Shown: positions 50,358 through 60,761 of the stretch, in pieces
How positions within the stretch are numbered: the stretch's first letter is position 1
Layout: each line of letters opens with the position of its first letter
DNA from: an uncultured Chloroflexia bacterium
Lineage (GTDB): Bacteria; Chloroflexota; Limnocylindria; Limnocylindrales; CSP1-4
Assembly: GCA_963748625.1 (NCBI GenBank)
Contig: CAVVJT010000004.1
Coordinates: 1 to 64,000 of the forward strand
DNA: 64,000 nucleotides
Direction of reading: 5' to 3'
Made by a program: the position numbers and the translations under genes
Notes under the pieces: generated by a model
Told to the model about the DNA's origin: nothing
The model's input: the letters and a program-made list of their open reading frames with translations, nothing else
Database searches by the model: none

Positions 50358-51878
50358 TCAGGGGGCCTGCCGGAGCGCGGCCTGGCGGAGGGCTTCGGCG
50401 CGGAGCAGGTCCCACGCAAGCTCCACGTGTCGTGGCTGGGTCCGCAGGTTGCCGATGGCGATGCGGATGGTGAACCGCCCAGCGAGCCGGGTGTGGGACA
50501 GGAAGACGCGCCCCGTCCGGTTCACGCCATCCATCAGGGCGGTGTTGACCTCGTCCAGCCACGTCTCCACGTCCGGCTCGCCGGTGCGATCTGCGAGGGA
50601 CGCCGGACGGTAGCGGAAGCAGACGGTGGAGAACGGGGCGGGTGCCAGCCGCTCCCAGTCCGGGTCCGCGTCCACCCACGCCGCGAAGCGCTCCGCCTGC
50701 ACGATGTGGCCCGCGATCCGCCGGCGGAGACCCTCCAGGCCGAACCAGCGCAGCTGCATCCAGAGCTTGAGCGCGCGCATCCGGCGGCCGAGCTGCGGCT
50801 GGTACTCCGTGTAGTCGAGCACGGGGTTGGCGCGGTCGAGCGTGCGCAGGTACTCGGGCACCAGGCTGAACGCCGTCCGGAGCACGTCCATGCGCCGGGT
50901 CACCAGCAGCGAGGCGTCGAGCGGCGTGAACAGCCACTTGTGCGGGTTGACCACGATGGAGTCGGCGCGCTCCCACCCCGCGAACGGCCCACGCAGCTCC
51001 GGCAGCAGCGCGACGACGCCGGCATAGGCACTGTCCACGTGGAGCCAGAGGCCCTCCCGCTCCGCGATGTCGGCCACGGCCGCCACCGGGTCCACCGAGG
51101 TCGAGGAGGTGGTGCCGATGGTGGCCACGATGGCGATCGGCCGGTGGCCGGCCGCGCGGTCCTCGGCGATGGCATGGCTGAGCAGGTCGGGCACCAGCTC
51201 GAACCGGTCGTTGGTGGGGATCTTGACCACCGCCGCACGGCCCAGGCCAAGGGTCATGCAGGCCTTCTCGATCGAGCTGTGCGCCTCGGTGGACGCGTAG
51301 ACCCGCGGCCGGCCGAGCGAGCGGCCCGCGAGCCCTTCGGCCGAGGCGTCGAGGCCTGCCGCCTCACGCGCGGCGGCGAGGGCGATCAGCGTGGACGTGG
51401 AGGCGGTGTCGGTGAGCAGCCCGTCGAACGTCTCCGGCAGGCCCAGCGCGTCCGCCAGCCAGCGCACCACCACGCCCTCGAGCTCGGTGCCGATGGGCGA
51501 CGTCCGCCACAGCATGGGGTTCTGGCCCAGGGCCGCCGTGAGGAACTCGCCCAGCATCCCGGGTCCGGATGCGCTGGTGGCGAAGTAGGCGAAGAAGCCC
51601 GGGTGCTGCCAGTGGGTCGCGTTCGGGAAGACCAGGCGGTCAACGTCAGCGAGGATGTCGGCGATCGGCTCCGGCCCCTCGGGCGCGTGGGCCGGGAGCA
51701 GCGGGCGGATCGACCCGGGCTCGATGGAGGGCAGGACGTCGTGCTCCTCGACCGAGGCGAGGTAGTCCGCGATGCGGTCGACCACGACGTGGGCGGCGGC
51801 CCGGAACGCCTCCGGGTCCATGTCGGTCAGGCCGTCCACCTGGGCGGCGTCGAGCGGGTGGGTGTCGGGCGTGCTCAC
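50358..51878 (-). CDS. PLP-dependent aromatic L-amino acid decarboxylase
   Basis: THWQHPGFFAYF, AHSSIEKA, WLHVDSAYAG, NPHKW, RALKLW. Confidence 0.93.
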   Translation of the reverse strand: MSTPDTHPLDAAQVDGLTDMDPEAFRAAAHVVVDRIADYLASVEEHDVLPSIEPGSIRPLLPAHAPEGPEPIADILADVDRLVFPNATHWQHPGFFAYFATSASGPGMLGEFLTAALGQNPMLWRTSPIGTELEGVVVRWLADALGLPETFDGLLTDTASTSTLIALAAAREAAGLDASAEGLAGRSLGRPRVYASTEAHSSIEKACMTLGLGRAAVVKIPTNDRFELVPDLLSHAIAEDRAAGHRPIAIVATIGTTSSTSVDPVAAVADIAEREGLWLHVDSAYAGVVALLPELRGPFAGWERADSIVVNPHKWLFTPLDASLLVTRRMDVLRTAFSLVPEYLRTLDRANPVLDYTEYQPQLGRRMRALKLWMQLRWFGLEGLRRRIAGHIVQAERFAAWVDADPDWERLAPAPFSTVCFRYRPASLADRTGEPDVETWLDEVNTALMDGVNRTGRVFLSHTRLAGRFTIRIAIGNLRTQPRHVELAWDLLRAEALRQAALRQAP

Positions 51879-51964
51879 ACCGTGGAGTCTACCGGGCGGC
51901 GGGCAGGCCTCAGGGCGACGTCACGTTGTCGCCAGGTCGACGCCAGGTCGACGTCAGGCCGACG

Positions 51965-52948
51965 TCAGATGGAGCCGCCCACCTCGAGGAGGATCTCCTG
52001 GACCTGGGTTCCGAGGGCGATGAGGCCCACGATCGCGACGATCGGCAGGACCACGAACAGGATCACCGTCAGGACGAGACACGGGACCACTGGCCCCTCG
52101 TTGCCCTCGGGCGCGACGATCGCGGACCCTGCGACACGGTCGTGGAGGCCCTGGCGGGTGTCGCTCAGGGCGGTGCTCACCAGCAGCACGACCTCCCAGA
52201 TCATGAGCAGGCCGGACACGATGATCGCCAGCTCGGGCACGACCCCGATCAGCGTGAACGGGTACCCCATCGCCACCCAGCGCACGACCGCCTGGGTCAT
52301 CGTCAGGGTGCGCCCATCGGCTGCCTGTCCGATCTGCAGGTGGAAGAGGCGCATGCCTGGGGTCGCCCGCCCGCCGCTGGTCCAGAAGCCGATGAAGTAG
52401 AGGGCAAAGACGCCGGTGCTCAGCACGGTCGTGATCACCAGTGAGTCGACGCCGCTGCCGCCGATCGCGCCGAGCACCGCGCCGATGACCCACACGACGA
52501 TGCTGACCAGGGTGCTGTCGAGCAAGTAGGCAAGGAGGCGCGGCAGGACGCCACCGAATTTGAGCGTGCCGGGCGGGGGCTGGTACACGGCCTGGGGCGG
52601 CTGCCACGTGCCGCCTGGCGGCGCGTAGCCACCCGCGGGCTGGAAGGGCGGCGGCTGTGCGGCTGGCGGCTGTGCGGCCGGCATGACCGGCGGTTGGGTC
52701 AGGACCGGCGGATCCGGCACGACCGGCTGCTGAGGGGCCAGCGAGGGCTGCTCTGCGATCTCCGCCGGGTAGAGATAGTCGCCGGGTCCGGTCGGCACCG
52801 GGGTCACGGGCGCCCCGGGCGGGGGCGGTGGAGCCGGCGGCGGCTCGGCCGGAAGCTGGGAGCCCGACGCTGCGGCCGGCCAGGCCACTTGCGTGTCGTC
52901 CTCCGGTGGCTCACCCGGTGTGCCCGATCCCCCACCCTGCCATGTCAC
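51965..52948 (-). CDS. RDD family protein with Pro-rich N-terminus
   Basis: RLLAYLLD, ATPGMRLF.L, RQGLHDRVAGS. Confidence 0.88.
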   Translation of the reverse strand: MTWQGGGSGTPGEPPEDDTQVAWPAAASGSQLPAEPPPAPPPPPGAPVTPVPTGPGDYLYPAEIAEQPSLAPQQPVVPDPPVLTQPPVMPAAQPPAAQPPPFQPAGGYAPPGGTWQPPQAVYQPPPGTLKFGGVLPRLLAYLLDSTLVSIVVWVIGAVLGAIGGSGVDSLVITTVLSTGVFALYFIGFWTSGGRATPGMRLFHLQIGQAADGRTLTMTQAVVRWVAMGYPFTLIGVVPELAIIVSGLLMIWEVVLLVSTALSDTRQGLHDRVAGSAIVAPEGNEGPVVPCLVLTVILFVVLPIVAIVGLIALGTQVQEILLEVGGSI

Positions 52949-53012
52949 GGTCGTCTCCCATGGTCCAGCCCAGCGGTCGCTCCGGTCACTCTACGCCCGG
53001 GCGTGCGCTCCG

Positions 53013-55487
53013 TCAGGCCTTCACGCGCAGCCGGTCGGGGTCGTACATCGGACGCAGCGACGCCTTCACCGGGTACCTGCGGCCGACGATCTCCACCTCG
53101 AACCGGCCCTCCGCGACGGCCGCGGCCGGGATCCCCGCCTCGTCCTCGATGACCGCCAGGCCCACGGCTCCACCAAGCGTGTGCCCATACGCACCCGCCC
53201 GGTTGTAGCCGATCCAGACGCCGTCACGCAGGATGGGCTCACCGTGGTACAGGAGCGGCTCGGGATCCTCGACGAGGAACTGGATGTAACGCCGCTTCGG
53301 GGAGCCTGCCTGTGCCTTCTGGGCGAGGAGCGCGTCCCGGCCGATGAAGCCGCCGGGCTTGTCCCACGCGACCGCGAAACCAAGGCCCACATCGAGCGGG
53401 GTGTCGGTCACGTCGATGTCCACGCCCAGGTCCCGGTAGGCCTTCTCGATGCGCAGGCTGCTCAAGGCGGCCATGCCCACGTTGCGGTACCCGAGGTCGC
53501 CGCCGGCTGCCATCAGCGCGTCGTACACGGTGAGCGCCTGGTCCGCCGGCACGTGCAGCTCCCACCCCAGCTCGCCCACGTAGGTCACGCGCATCGCGAG
53601 CACGCGGGCATAGTCGAGGTCGATCTCCTGGGCCGTCATGTACGGGAAGGCATCGTTGGAGAGGTCTGCGCTGGTGAGCCGGGCCAGCAGCTCCCGGCTG
53701 CGCGGGCCCTGGACCGTCATGAGCGTGGTGCCGGCGGAGACGTCCGTCACGATCGCCTGCTCGCCCTCGCGGGTGTGGCGCTCGATCCAGGGCGCCATCC
53801 GGCGCTGGACCGTGTCGGTGACGACGAGCAGGAAGACGGTCTCGGACAGCCGCGTGACCGTGAGGTCAGCGACGATCCCGCCAGCCTGGTTGCACCATTG
53901 GGTGTACACCACGCGGCCCACGGGCACCGCAACGTCGTTGGCACAGACGCGGTTGAGCACGGTCTCGGCGTCGCGGCCCTGGACCAGCAGGTTGGCCATC
54001 ATGGACATGTCGAGCATGCCCACGGACTCGCGGACGGCCCGGTGCTCCTCCTGCCGGTAGCGCCAGGCACCATCGCGTCCCCATCCCTGCTCGATGACGG
54101 GATGGATGGCATCGACGTCGAACCACTCCGGGTACTCGAAGCCGCTCGTCACGCCGAAGTGGGCGCCCGACGCGGCCAGCCGGTCGTGGATTGCGGAACG
54201 GCGGACGTTGCGCGCCAGCCTCGGCTTCCAGCTCGGGAAGCCCGCGTCGCCGATCAGGGATCCCAGCAGCTCCACGGTCTTGTCGTGCCGGTACTTCCGC
54301 CCGGTCTCGTAGGGCTGGCTGCGGTCCACCGCCATGCCACCCAGGTCGATCGGTGGCACACCGGTGATGATCCATTCGGCGATGGCACTGCCCACCCCGC
54401 CCGAGTTGAGGATGCCGATGCTGTTGAGGCCGGCCGCCACGAAGAAGTTGCGCAGCTCGGGCGCTTCCCCGAGCATCGGACCGTTGTCGGTGGTGAAGCT
54501 CTCGGGTCCGCAGAACATCGTCCGGATGCCCGCATCACGGAGCGACGGGAAGCGCGACATTGCAGCGTCCAGGAACGGGGTGATGCGCTCCCAGTCGGGC
54601 TCGAGGCTCGCGAAGGCGATGTCCTTGGGGACGCGGTCCAGCGACCAGGCCTTCGCCTCCGGCTCGAACAGGCCCACGAGGATGCCGCCGCCCTCTTCCC
54701 GGTAGTAGCCGTAGAGGTCCGGGTCCTCCACGACCGGGAGGTCCGGATGGGCCCAGGACACGGTGTCGGTGATCAGGTAGTAGTGCTCGGCCGCCTGCAG
54801 GGGGACGGTGACGCCGGCCATGGCGCCCACCTCGCGACCCCAGAGGCCGGCGGCGTTCACGACGTACTCGGCACGGATGTGGCCGTGGTCGGTGTCGACC
54901 CCGGTGACGACGCCCTTCGCCTTCGTGATGCCGGTGACGGTCACGCCCTCGACGATGCGGGCGCCGCGCATCCGTGCGCCGCGGGCATACGCCTGCGTCA
55001 GGTCCGCGGGGTTCGCGCGACCCTCGTCAGGAACCCAGAAGCCCGCGAGGATGTCGTCCGCACGGATCGCGGGCCAGTGGCGCTGGACCTCGGCGGCCGA
55101 GATCTCCTCGTTGGGCACGCCGAACCCGCGGGCGAAGGCCGCCTCCCTGCGCATCGACTCGCGCCGCTGTGGCGTCGTGGCGATGTGGAGGTGGCCGATC
55201 GGACGAAAGCCGGTGGACTGGCCGGTCTCGGCCTCCAGCTCCGGGATGAGCTTCGTGGTGTAGCGCGACATCCACAGCAGCGTCTCGGACGACATGCCGG
55301 CCGATGTGATGAGGCCCGCGGCGTGCCACGTCGTGCCCGCGGTGAGCTGGCGGCGCTCCAGGAGGACGACATCGGTCCAGCCGGCCTTCGCGAGGTGGTA
55401 CGTGATGCTGGTGCCGATGGCGCCGCCGCCGATGACCACCACGCGCGCCTGCTCGGGCACGCTGTTCCGGCTCTGCTGCTCGTCCAT
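53013..55487 (-). CDS. GcvT-family FAD oxidoreductase (dimethylglycine/sarcosine dehydrogenase-like)
   Basis: VVIGGGAIG, GTTWHAAG, GPESFTTD; C-terminal aminomethyltransferase domain (TYVGELGWELH, SLRIEKAY). Confidence 0.92.
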   Translation of the reverse strand: MDEQQSRNSVPEQARVVVIGGGAIGTSITYHLAKAGWTDVVLLERRQLTAGTTWHAAGLITSAGMSSETLLWMSRYTTKLIPELEAETGQSTGFRPIGHLHIATTPQRRESMRREAAFARGFGVPNEEISAAEVQRHWPAIRADDILAGFWVPDEGRANPADLTQAYARGARMRGARIVEGVTVTGITKAKGVVTGVDTDHGHIRAEYVVNAAGLWGREVGAMAGVTVPLQAAEHYYLITDTVSWAHPDLPVVEDPDLYGYYREEGGGILVGLFEPEAKAWSLDRVPKDIAFASLEPDWERITPFLDAAMSRFPSLRDAGIRTMFCGPESFTTDNGPMLGEAPELRNFFVAAGLNSIGILNSGGVGSAIAEWIITGVPPIDLGGMAVDRSQPYETGRKYRHDKTVELLGSLIGDAGFPSWKPRLARNVRRSAIHDRLAASGAHFGVTSGFEYPEWFDVDAIHPVIEQGWGRDGAWRYRQEEHRAVRESVGMLDMSMMANLLVQGRDAETVLNRVCANDVAVPVGRVVYTQWCNQAGGIVADLTVTRLSETVFLLVVTDTVQRRMAPWIERHTREGEQAIVTDVSAGTTLMTVQGPRSRELLARLTSADLSNDAFPYMTAQEIDLDYARVLAMRVTYVGELGWELHVPADQALTVYDALMAAGGDLGYRNVGMAALSSLRIEKAYRDLGVDIDVTDTPLDVGLGFAVAWDKPGGFIGRDALLAQKAQAGSPKRRYIQFLVEDPEPLLYHGEPILRDGVWIGYNRAGAYGHTLGGAVGLAVIEDEAGIPAAAVAEGRFEVEIVGRRYPVKASLRPMYDPDRLRVKA

Positions 55488-55701
55488 CGGTGGCCCTCGT
55501 CCTCTCCCCGGTCGTGCTGGGCGCCCTGTGTCGGGGGTGCCGGGGTCGTGGGGTGATCGTAGCGGCCGCGTGATCGTCGTCGCGGGGTGCATCGGCGCAC
55601 CGGCAGGTTGCATGGACCGGGCCTGGCGGGACATCCGTCCATACCGCGCATGCCGCATCGAGGACTACGATGGCGTGGCAAGCACCCTTAGGAGAATCGC
55701 C

Positions 55702-56742
55702 GTGGCGTCTGCCTCACGTCTCCCCCGCCGACTGGCCTCGACATCGCTGGCCGTCGCCCTCGCTGCCTCCGCGCTCGGCGCGTTGCCGGCATCCGCAGCG
55801 GTCCTGGTCACGCCGGACGGCTGTTCCACCGTGGAGCTGACGAGCCCGTCCCCGCTCGTGGTCCACGTCATGGTCGCCGGCTGCGGCGACCCGGCCGACG
55901 GGGTCGGCGTGGTCGCCGATCTCACCCAGGACTCGACAACTGGGAGCGTCAAGAGCTGGGGCAGCCCGTCCGCGGTCCTTGGGACCTGGATCGACGAGAA
56001 CCTCAACGTTCCCGCCCAGGGCGGGTACACGCTGACGATCCGCGCCGGCCTTGCGGAGGTCGTGTCGACCTACCACGTGGCCGTGCTCGGCGGGGTCGCC
56101 GTGACGGTGTCCCACCCGGAGCTGCGCTTCCGCCCCGGGTCGATGACGGGCTCGTCCTGGCCGGCGGTCGTCAAGTGGTCGAACACGAGCATCAACGCCA
56201 CCTTCGGCTACCGGATCCGCGTCAGCGTGGACGGGGTCTGGGGTGCCTGGAAGAGCACCATCAAGGACGACTACAACCTGCGCGTCAGTCCCGGGCATGA
56301 CTACCAGTTCCAGGTCCGCGGCCTCAACCTCGCCAAGGTGGCCGGACCGCCGATGGCGAGCATCGTCTACCGGCCGAGGGGCTACTCGGAGGCCAGCTCG
56401 AAGATCACCTACAGCGGTGGGTGGAGGACCAGCTTCGACTCGAGGTTCTGGGGCAATCGCGCCAAGTTCGCCAAGGCCACGGGCGCGACGGCGCGGTTCA
56501 CGTTCACCGGCGCTGCCGCGGCCATCGTGGCTCCCCTTGGACCGACGCGCGGCTCGTTCAAGGTGTACGCGGACGGCTTCTACCAGCGGACCGTGAAGAC
56601 CTACAGCAGCAGCACCGGCTACAAGTACGTCGTGTATGCGATCGCCTGGCCCGAGGACGGTCTCCACACCGTGACAATCCGCGTCAAGGGCACCGCCGGC
56701 CACCCGCGCGTGGACCTCGACGGGATCCTGACCCTCGAGTAG
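55702..56742 (+). CDS. Secreted protein with FN3-like and C-terminal beta-sandwich domains
   Basis: Signal peptide ending PASA; YQFQVRG; YSGGW...ARFTFTG...GPTRG...VYADG...HTVTIRV.GT...RVDLDG. Start approximate. Confidence 0.75.
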   Translation: MASASRLPRRLASTSLAVALAASALGALPASAAVLVTPDGCSTVELTSPSPLVVHVMVAGCGDPADGVGVVADLTQDSTTGSVKSWGSPSAVLGTWIDENLNVPAQGGYTLTIRAGLAEVVSTYHVAVLGGVAVTVSHPELRFRPGSMTGSSWPAVVKWSNTSINATFGYRIRVSVDGVWGAWKSTIKDDYNLRVSPGHDYQFQVRGLNLAKVAGPPMASIVYRPRGYSEASSKITYSGGWRTSFDSRFWGNRAKFAKATGATARFTFTGAAAAIVAPLGPTRGSFKVYADGFYQRTVKTYSSSTGYKYVVYAIAWPEDGLHTVTIRVKGTAGHPRVDLDGILTLE

Positions 56743-57090
56743 CCCGAGTACACGAAGGCCCCGACGACTCTGGGGGGATAGAGCCGCCGGGGCACCGCCA
56801 GCGTAACGGGTCGCTGCCACCCTGTCGCGGGGGAGTCGGCCCGATTCTCCGGGCCGTCGGGAGTTCGCAGGGTCGCCGGCGAGTTCCCGAGTTCCCAGGG
56901 TCGCCGCCGACGGACGGACTCCGCAACGCCGGAGGGTGTGCTGAGTACCGGTGTCCACGCCAGTGGCGAACAGCCTCTGGGTGATGCGCGGGGCCGGTGT
57001 CCAGCCGACGCCGGGACTGTGATGACCTGCGTGGGCCGATCGAACCCGCGGCCAGGCCGCGGGGCTGGGACTTCCTGGTCTCCGACGCTC

Positions 57091-59915
57091 CTACGGACTG
57101 CGCGGTGCCACCACTCGGTCATGCCGGCCCTCGACGCCGGATCCTCGTTCCACCCAGGTTGTCGCAACAGCCGCAGGGCCGACGGGGCTCCCGCTCCCCT
57201 TGCGCAGATACTGCCGGTAGCTGGTCGTTCCCGGCGTCCACCCGTTCCACGCCACGTAGCGGACGCTCGCCGACGGCCACACCACCGACGGCCAGTCGTT
57301 GATCCGACGTGTCGACGTCGTGGTCGCTGCAAGCGTCTGTGTGGCGAACCACAGGGATCCGCCGTTTGCCGACTCAGCCCACCGCAGCGCCGCCCAGTTC
57401 AAGCCCTGCGTCACGCTCCCCGTCTCCTCTGCCCAGACGACGGCCACCCGGGACGGATCCTGAAGGGAGACCGAGGGTCCGTACGGAGACGTGCTCGTGT
57501 CGTCGCCAACGCTGGCGACGACGACCGGGTCAGCCCACGTGCCGACGGTTCGAACGCGGACCACGACGTCGTCGCCGGTCGTCCAGGCGACGGCGATCCG
57601 GCTTCCCCGGACCGCCACGCTCAAGCCGCCGTTTGACTCGCTCCCGACGATCTCGGGAGTCGTCCACGTCACACCGTGGTTGGTGGAGACACTCAGCGCG
57701 ATCGTGCCCGCCCCATCGGCGAGCCACGCCACGGCCACGGTCGAGCCCGATGCGGCGATCACTGGCCAGCTGGCCTTACCGTCCGCCACCGACGCACCGG
57801 TCCGCGTCGTGGCACCGACACCGCGCTTCGCCCACGTTGCACCACGGTCCCGACTGCTGGCGACCTTCACGGAGCCCGTGTTCGCATCCGTGTAGGCGAT
57901 GTGCACGTCGTACCCGGTCGCGGCGATGGTCGGGTAGTCCACGCGGCCGCTCGTGCTGGTCAGGCGGACGGCAGACTTCCACGCTGTCCCTGATCCGTGC
58001 CTGGTGTTGACCCGCACGTACAGCACGCGGGGGGCCGCCGGCGCATACCTGACGACCTTCGTCTGGCTTGCCCATACCGCATACACCCGCGAACCGGCGG
58101 AGGCCAGCCCGAAGCGCAGCGCATGCTGGGACCTGGGGTTGAGCCGCTTCGGGCTCGACCACGTCGTGCCGGTCGTGCTCCGGGTGTAGTAGACCCCGGC
58201 GTACGGCCCGCCATCCTTCGCCCACGCCCCGCTGATCCGGTCTGTGACGTAGGCGGCGTGCAGGCGCTGGGTCCCCGACTGGACGGTCCTGGCCAAGGCA
58301 TTGCCGCTCGTCCATGTGTAGGCCGGCCCGGCCTTGGTCGTCGATCCCCAGGAGAGACCGCTCGACGGGCCGGTCGCAACGCCCGTCATCGTCACCGACC
58401 GGCTGCCGATCGGATCCGGGCCCTCCACCACGAGGAGCGCACGGCGCGTCCCCGTCGCGACCGGATCGAAGGCCACGCTCATGGTGCAGGTGCCGCCGGG
58501 AGCCACCGGTGCGTCCGTGCAGGTCTCGGCGGTCAGCGGGAAGTCACCGGGGTTGGGGCCGGCGACCGAGATGGATGTGACAGCCACAGGCGCGGCGCCG
58601 ATGTTGGACACGGTGACGACCTGCGGATCCGCGGCCTGGTCCCAGGCGACACTTCCGAACGTCAGCGCTCCCGGTGCCACGACCACAGGATCAAGCCCTG
58701 TCCCTTCAAGGAGCACCGTGCGCGAGAGCACCGGCGCCGGCCCCGAGAGGACGAGCGTCGCTGACCGCAGCCCGATCTGTCCCGGGGTGAACCCGACCGA
58801 GATCGTGCAGCTCGACAGGGACGCCACCGGTGCCGCCGTGCAGGACTCGTCGATCACCGAGAACTCGGAGGCGGCGGAGCCCCCGACCGAGACTGACTCC
58901 ACCGTCAGGGGTGAGGCCTGGATGTTGGTGACCCGGACGGTGGCAGGGGTGCCCGCAGCGCCCTCGCCGACACCGCCGAAGTCCACTCGACCAGGAACGG
59001 CCGCCATCGCGTCCAGGCGGTCCCACGTGGGGTTGCCCCAGCATGCGACGGTGCCATCGACACGGGCGCCGCAGGTCTGGTGGTCACCGGCCGTGACGGC
59101 CACATAGGCACCCGGCGGCACGGTGCTCTGGCCCCAGCTGGTATCGCCCCAGCACAGGATGGCCTGGTCCGCGCGGAGCGCACACGAGTGGGCCTGCCCG
59201 ACCACGACCGCCGTGAAGGATCCGGCCGGTGACGCGGTGGCTCCTGCGCTCGTGTCACCCCAGCAGGCAAGCGCGCCCGATGACCGGATGGCGCACGTGT
59301 GCGCCTGGCCGGCGGCGACCTTCGTGAAGGTGCCGGAAGGCGGCGAGGCCTTGCCCAGCGTCGTGTCACCCCAGCACGCCAGCGTGCCATCGGCCCGGAT
59401 CGCGCAGGTGTGGGTGCTTCCGGCCGAGACCGTCATGAACGTGCCGGACGGGTTGCTTGCTTGACCGTTCTGGTTGTCACCCCAGCACGCCAGCGATCCG
59501 TTGGTCCGGACGGCGCACGTGTGTAGATTGCCGGCGCTGACAGCCTTGTAGGTGCCCGCGGGGACGGACACCTGGCCGCTGTCCCAGCCGAGGGCGCCCC
59601 AGCACTCGACGACTCCTCCCGTCGCCAGTGCACACGTGTGGGCGAACCCGCCGTCCACCGCGTCGAAGGTGCCTGCGGGCGGCGCAGCCTGCGTCGCGAA
59701 ATCGGCCCCCCAGCAGCCAAGCGAGCCATCTGCAAGGATCGCGCACTCGTGGGCCGAACCCGCCCCGAGCGCGACGACTGCGGCGTCCGGAGCAGTGCCC
59801 TGTACGCCGACGGCCCCAAGGTCGTCGGTGGGGCGCCAGCCGGGCCCACGGCCAGGACGACCGCTGCAAGTGCTGCCGCAATCCGTCTGCCGGCCCACAG
59901 GTACCGGGTCATCAT
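57091..59915 (-). CDS. Secreted RCC1-repeat, double choice-of-anchor D, BNR-propeller protein (frameshift after the signal peptide, near 59830)
   Basis: Seven HTCA...G.L.CWG repeats; two ASH-like domains; Asp-box motifs (SRDRGATW, STNHGVTW). The signal peptide MMTRYLWAGRRIAAALAAVVLA is in another frame. Confidence 0.8.
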
Positions 59916-60271
59916 CCTGCCTCCTCGCCTCGGTTCGCAGTTCGCTGAACGAGGGACGCGCATCGGATGGAGTCGTTGCCGCCATCGGCCCGGCGCCGAC
60001 ACCCGGCGATCGTCGGTCGACCGTACGTGGCCGCAAGTGCCGCACGGACCCCACCGCCCGGCCCGGTGGCGCAGCGTCTGTCGTCAGGCAGTCACGCCAG
60101 CCAAGGCGAGCTACGAAACGGAATGACCGTGCGGCTGCGCGGCCGGTGCGCGGGATCATGGGCTGTCAAGGAGGCCGCGTGCCCCTGTGCGCTATACGCG
60201 TTGGTCGGTCCGAGAGCCATCGCCCGACGAAGTGAAGTGCGGCCACACGGCTTCTTGACGCAGCCATAACG

Positions 60272-60297
60272 AAAACCCTCCGGAGCGATCCGGAGGG
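60272..60297 (-). terminator. Rho-independent terminator of tRNA-Pro
   Basis: CCCTCCGGA-TCGC-TCCGGAGGG-TTTT on the minus strand. Confidence 0.8.
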
Positions 60298-60316
60298 CTG
60301 ATTCGTGCGGGGATAG

Positions 60317-60393
60317 TGGTCGGGGCGGAGCGATTCGAACGCTCGACCTCCTGAACCCCATTCAGGTGCGCTACCAGGCTGCGCCACGCCCCG
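60317..60393 (-). tRNA. tRNA-Pro(GGG)
   Basis: CGGGGCGTGGCGCAGCCTGGTAGCGCA CCTGA-ATGGGGT-TCAGG ... GTTCGAATC ... CCCCGACCA. Confidence 0.97.
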
Positions 60394-60468
60394 AGGGCGT
60401 CGAGTCTACCAGACCCAGACAGCGTGTCCGGCCAGCCTGCCACCCGGTGCCGTATGCGTCGCGATCCT

Positions 60469-60614
60469 CCCGCCCAGCGGGCCTTGCGCGCGCAAACCCG
60501 CACGTTCGTGCCGCCTGGCGGGAAGGACGGAGCGAAAACGGGCGAACGGGGCCTGTCCGGCCCGCTCGGCGGCTGGACTGTGCGGAATCCTGTACGCAGT
60601 GCCCGCTGGGCGGG
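60469..60614. repeat. 146-bp element bounded by a 14-bp perfect inverted repeat, running into a 20-bp tandem repeat (60605-60659)
   Basis: CCCGCCCAGCGGGC and GCCCGCTGGGCGGG; tandem unit GCTGGGCGGGCAGCGGCAGG. Confidence 0.55.
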
Positions 60615-60761
60615 CAGCGGCAGGGCTGGGCGGGCAGCGGCAGGGCGGGGCGGGCAGCGCAGCTGAGCTAGGCAGAAGGCTGGCCGGGACCGAACGGGAC
60701 GCTGCCCGGCGCGGGCGGGAGGTTGCCCGACGCGAACCCGGCGGCCACGCCAGGCGGCAGA

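Noticed and set aside
56861-56910. 22-bp imperfect direct repeat (GAGTTCsCAGGGTCGCCGsCGA) in an intergenic region
   Set aside because: Only two copies and no supporting context.
60200-60230. Duplicated tRNA-Pro 3' end marking an island
   Set aside because: Only TGGTCGG (7 nt) matches, and the tRNA keeps its own terminator.
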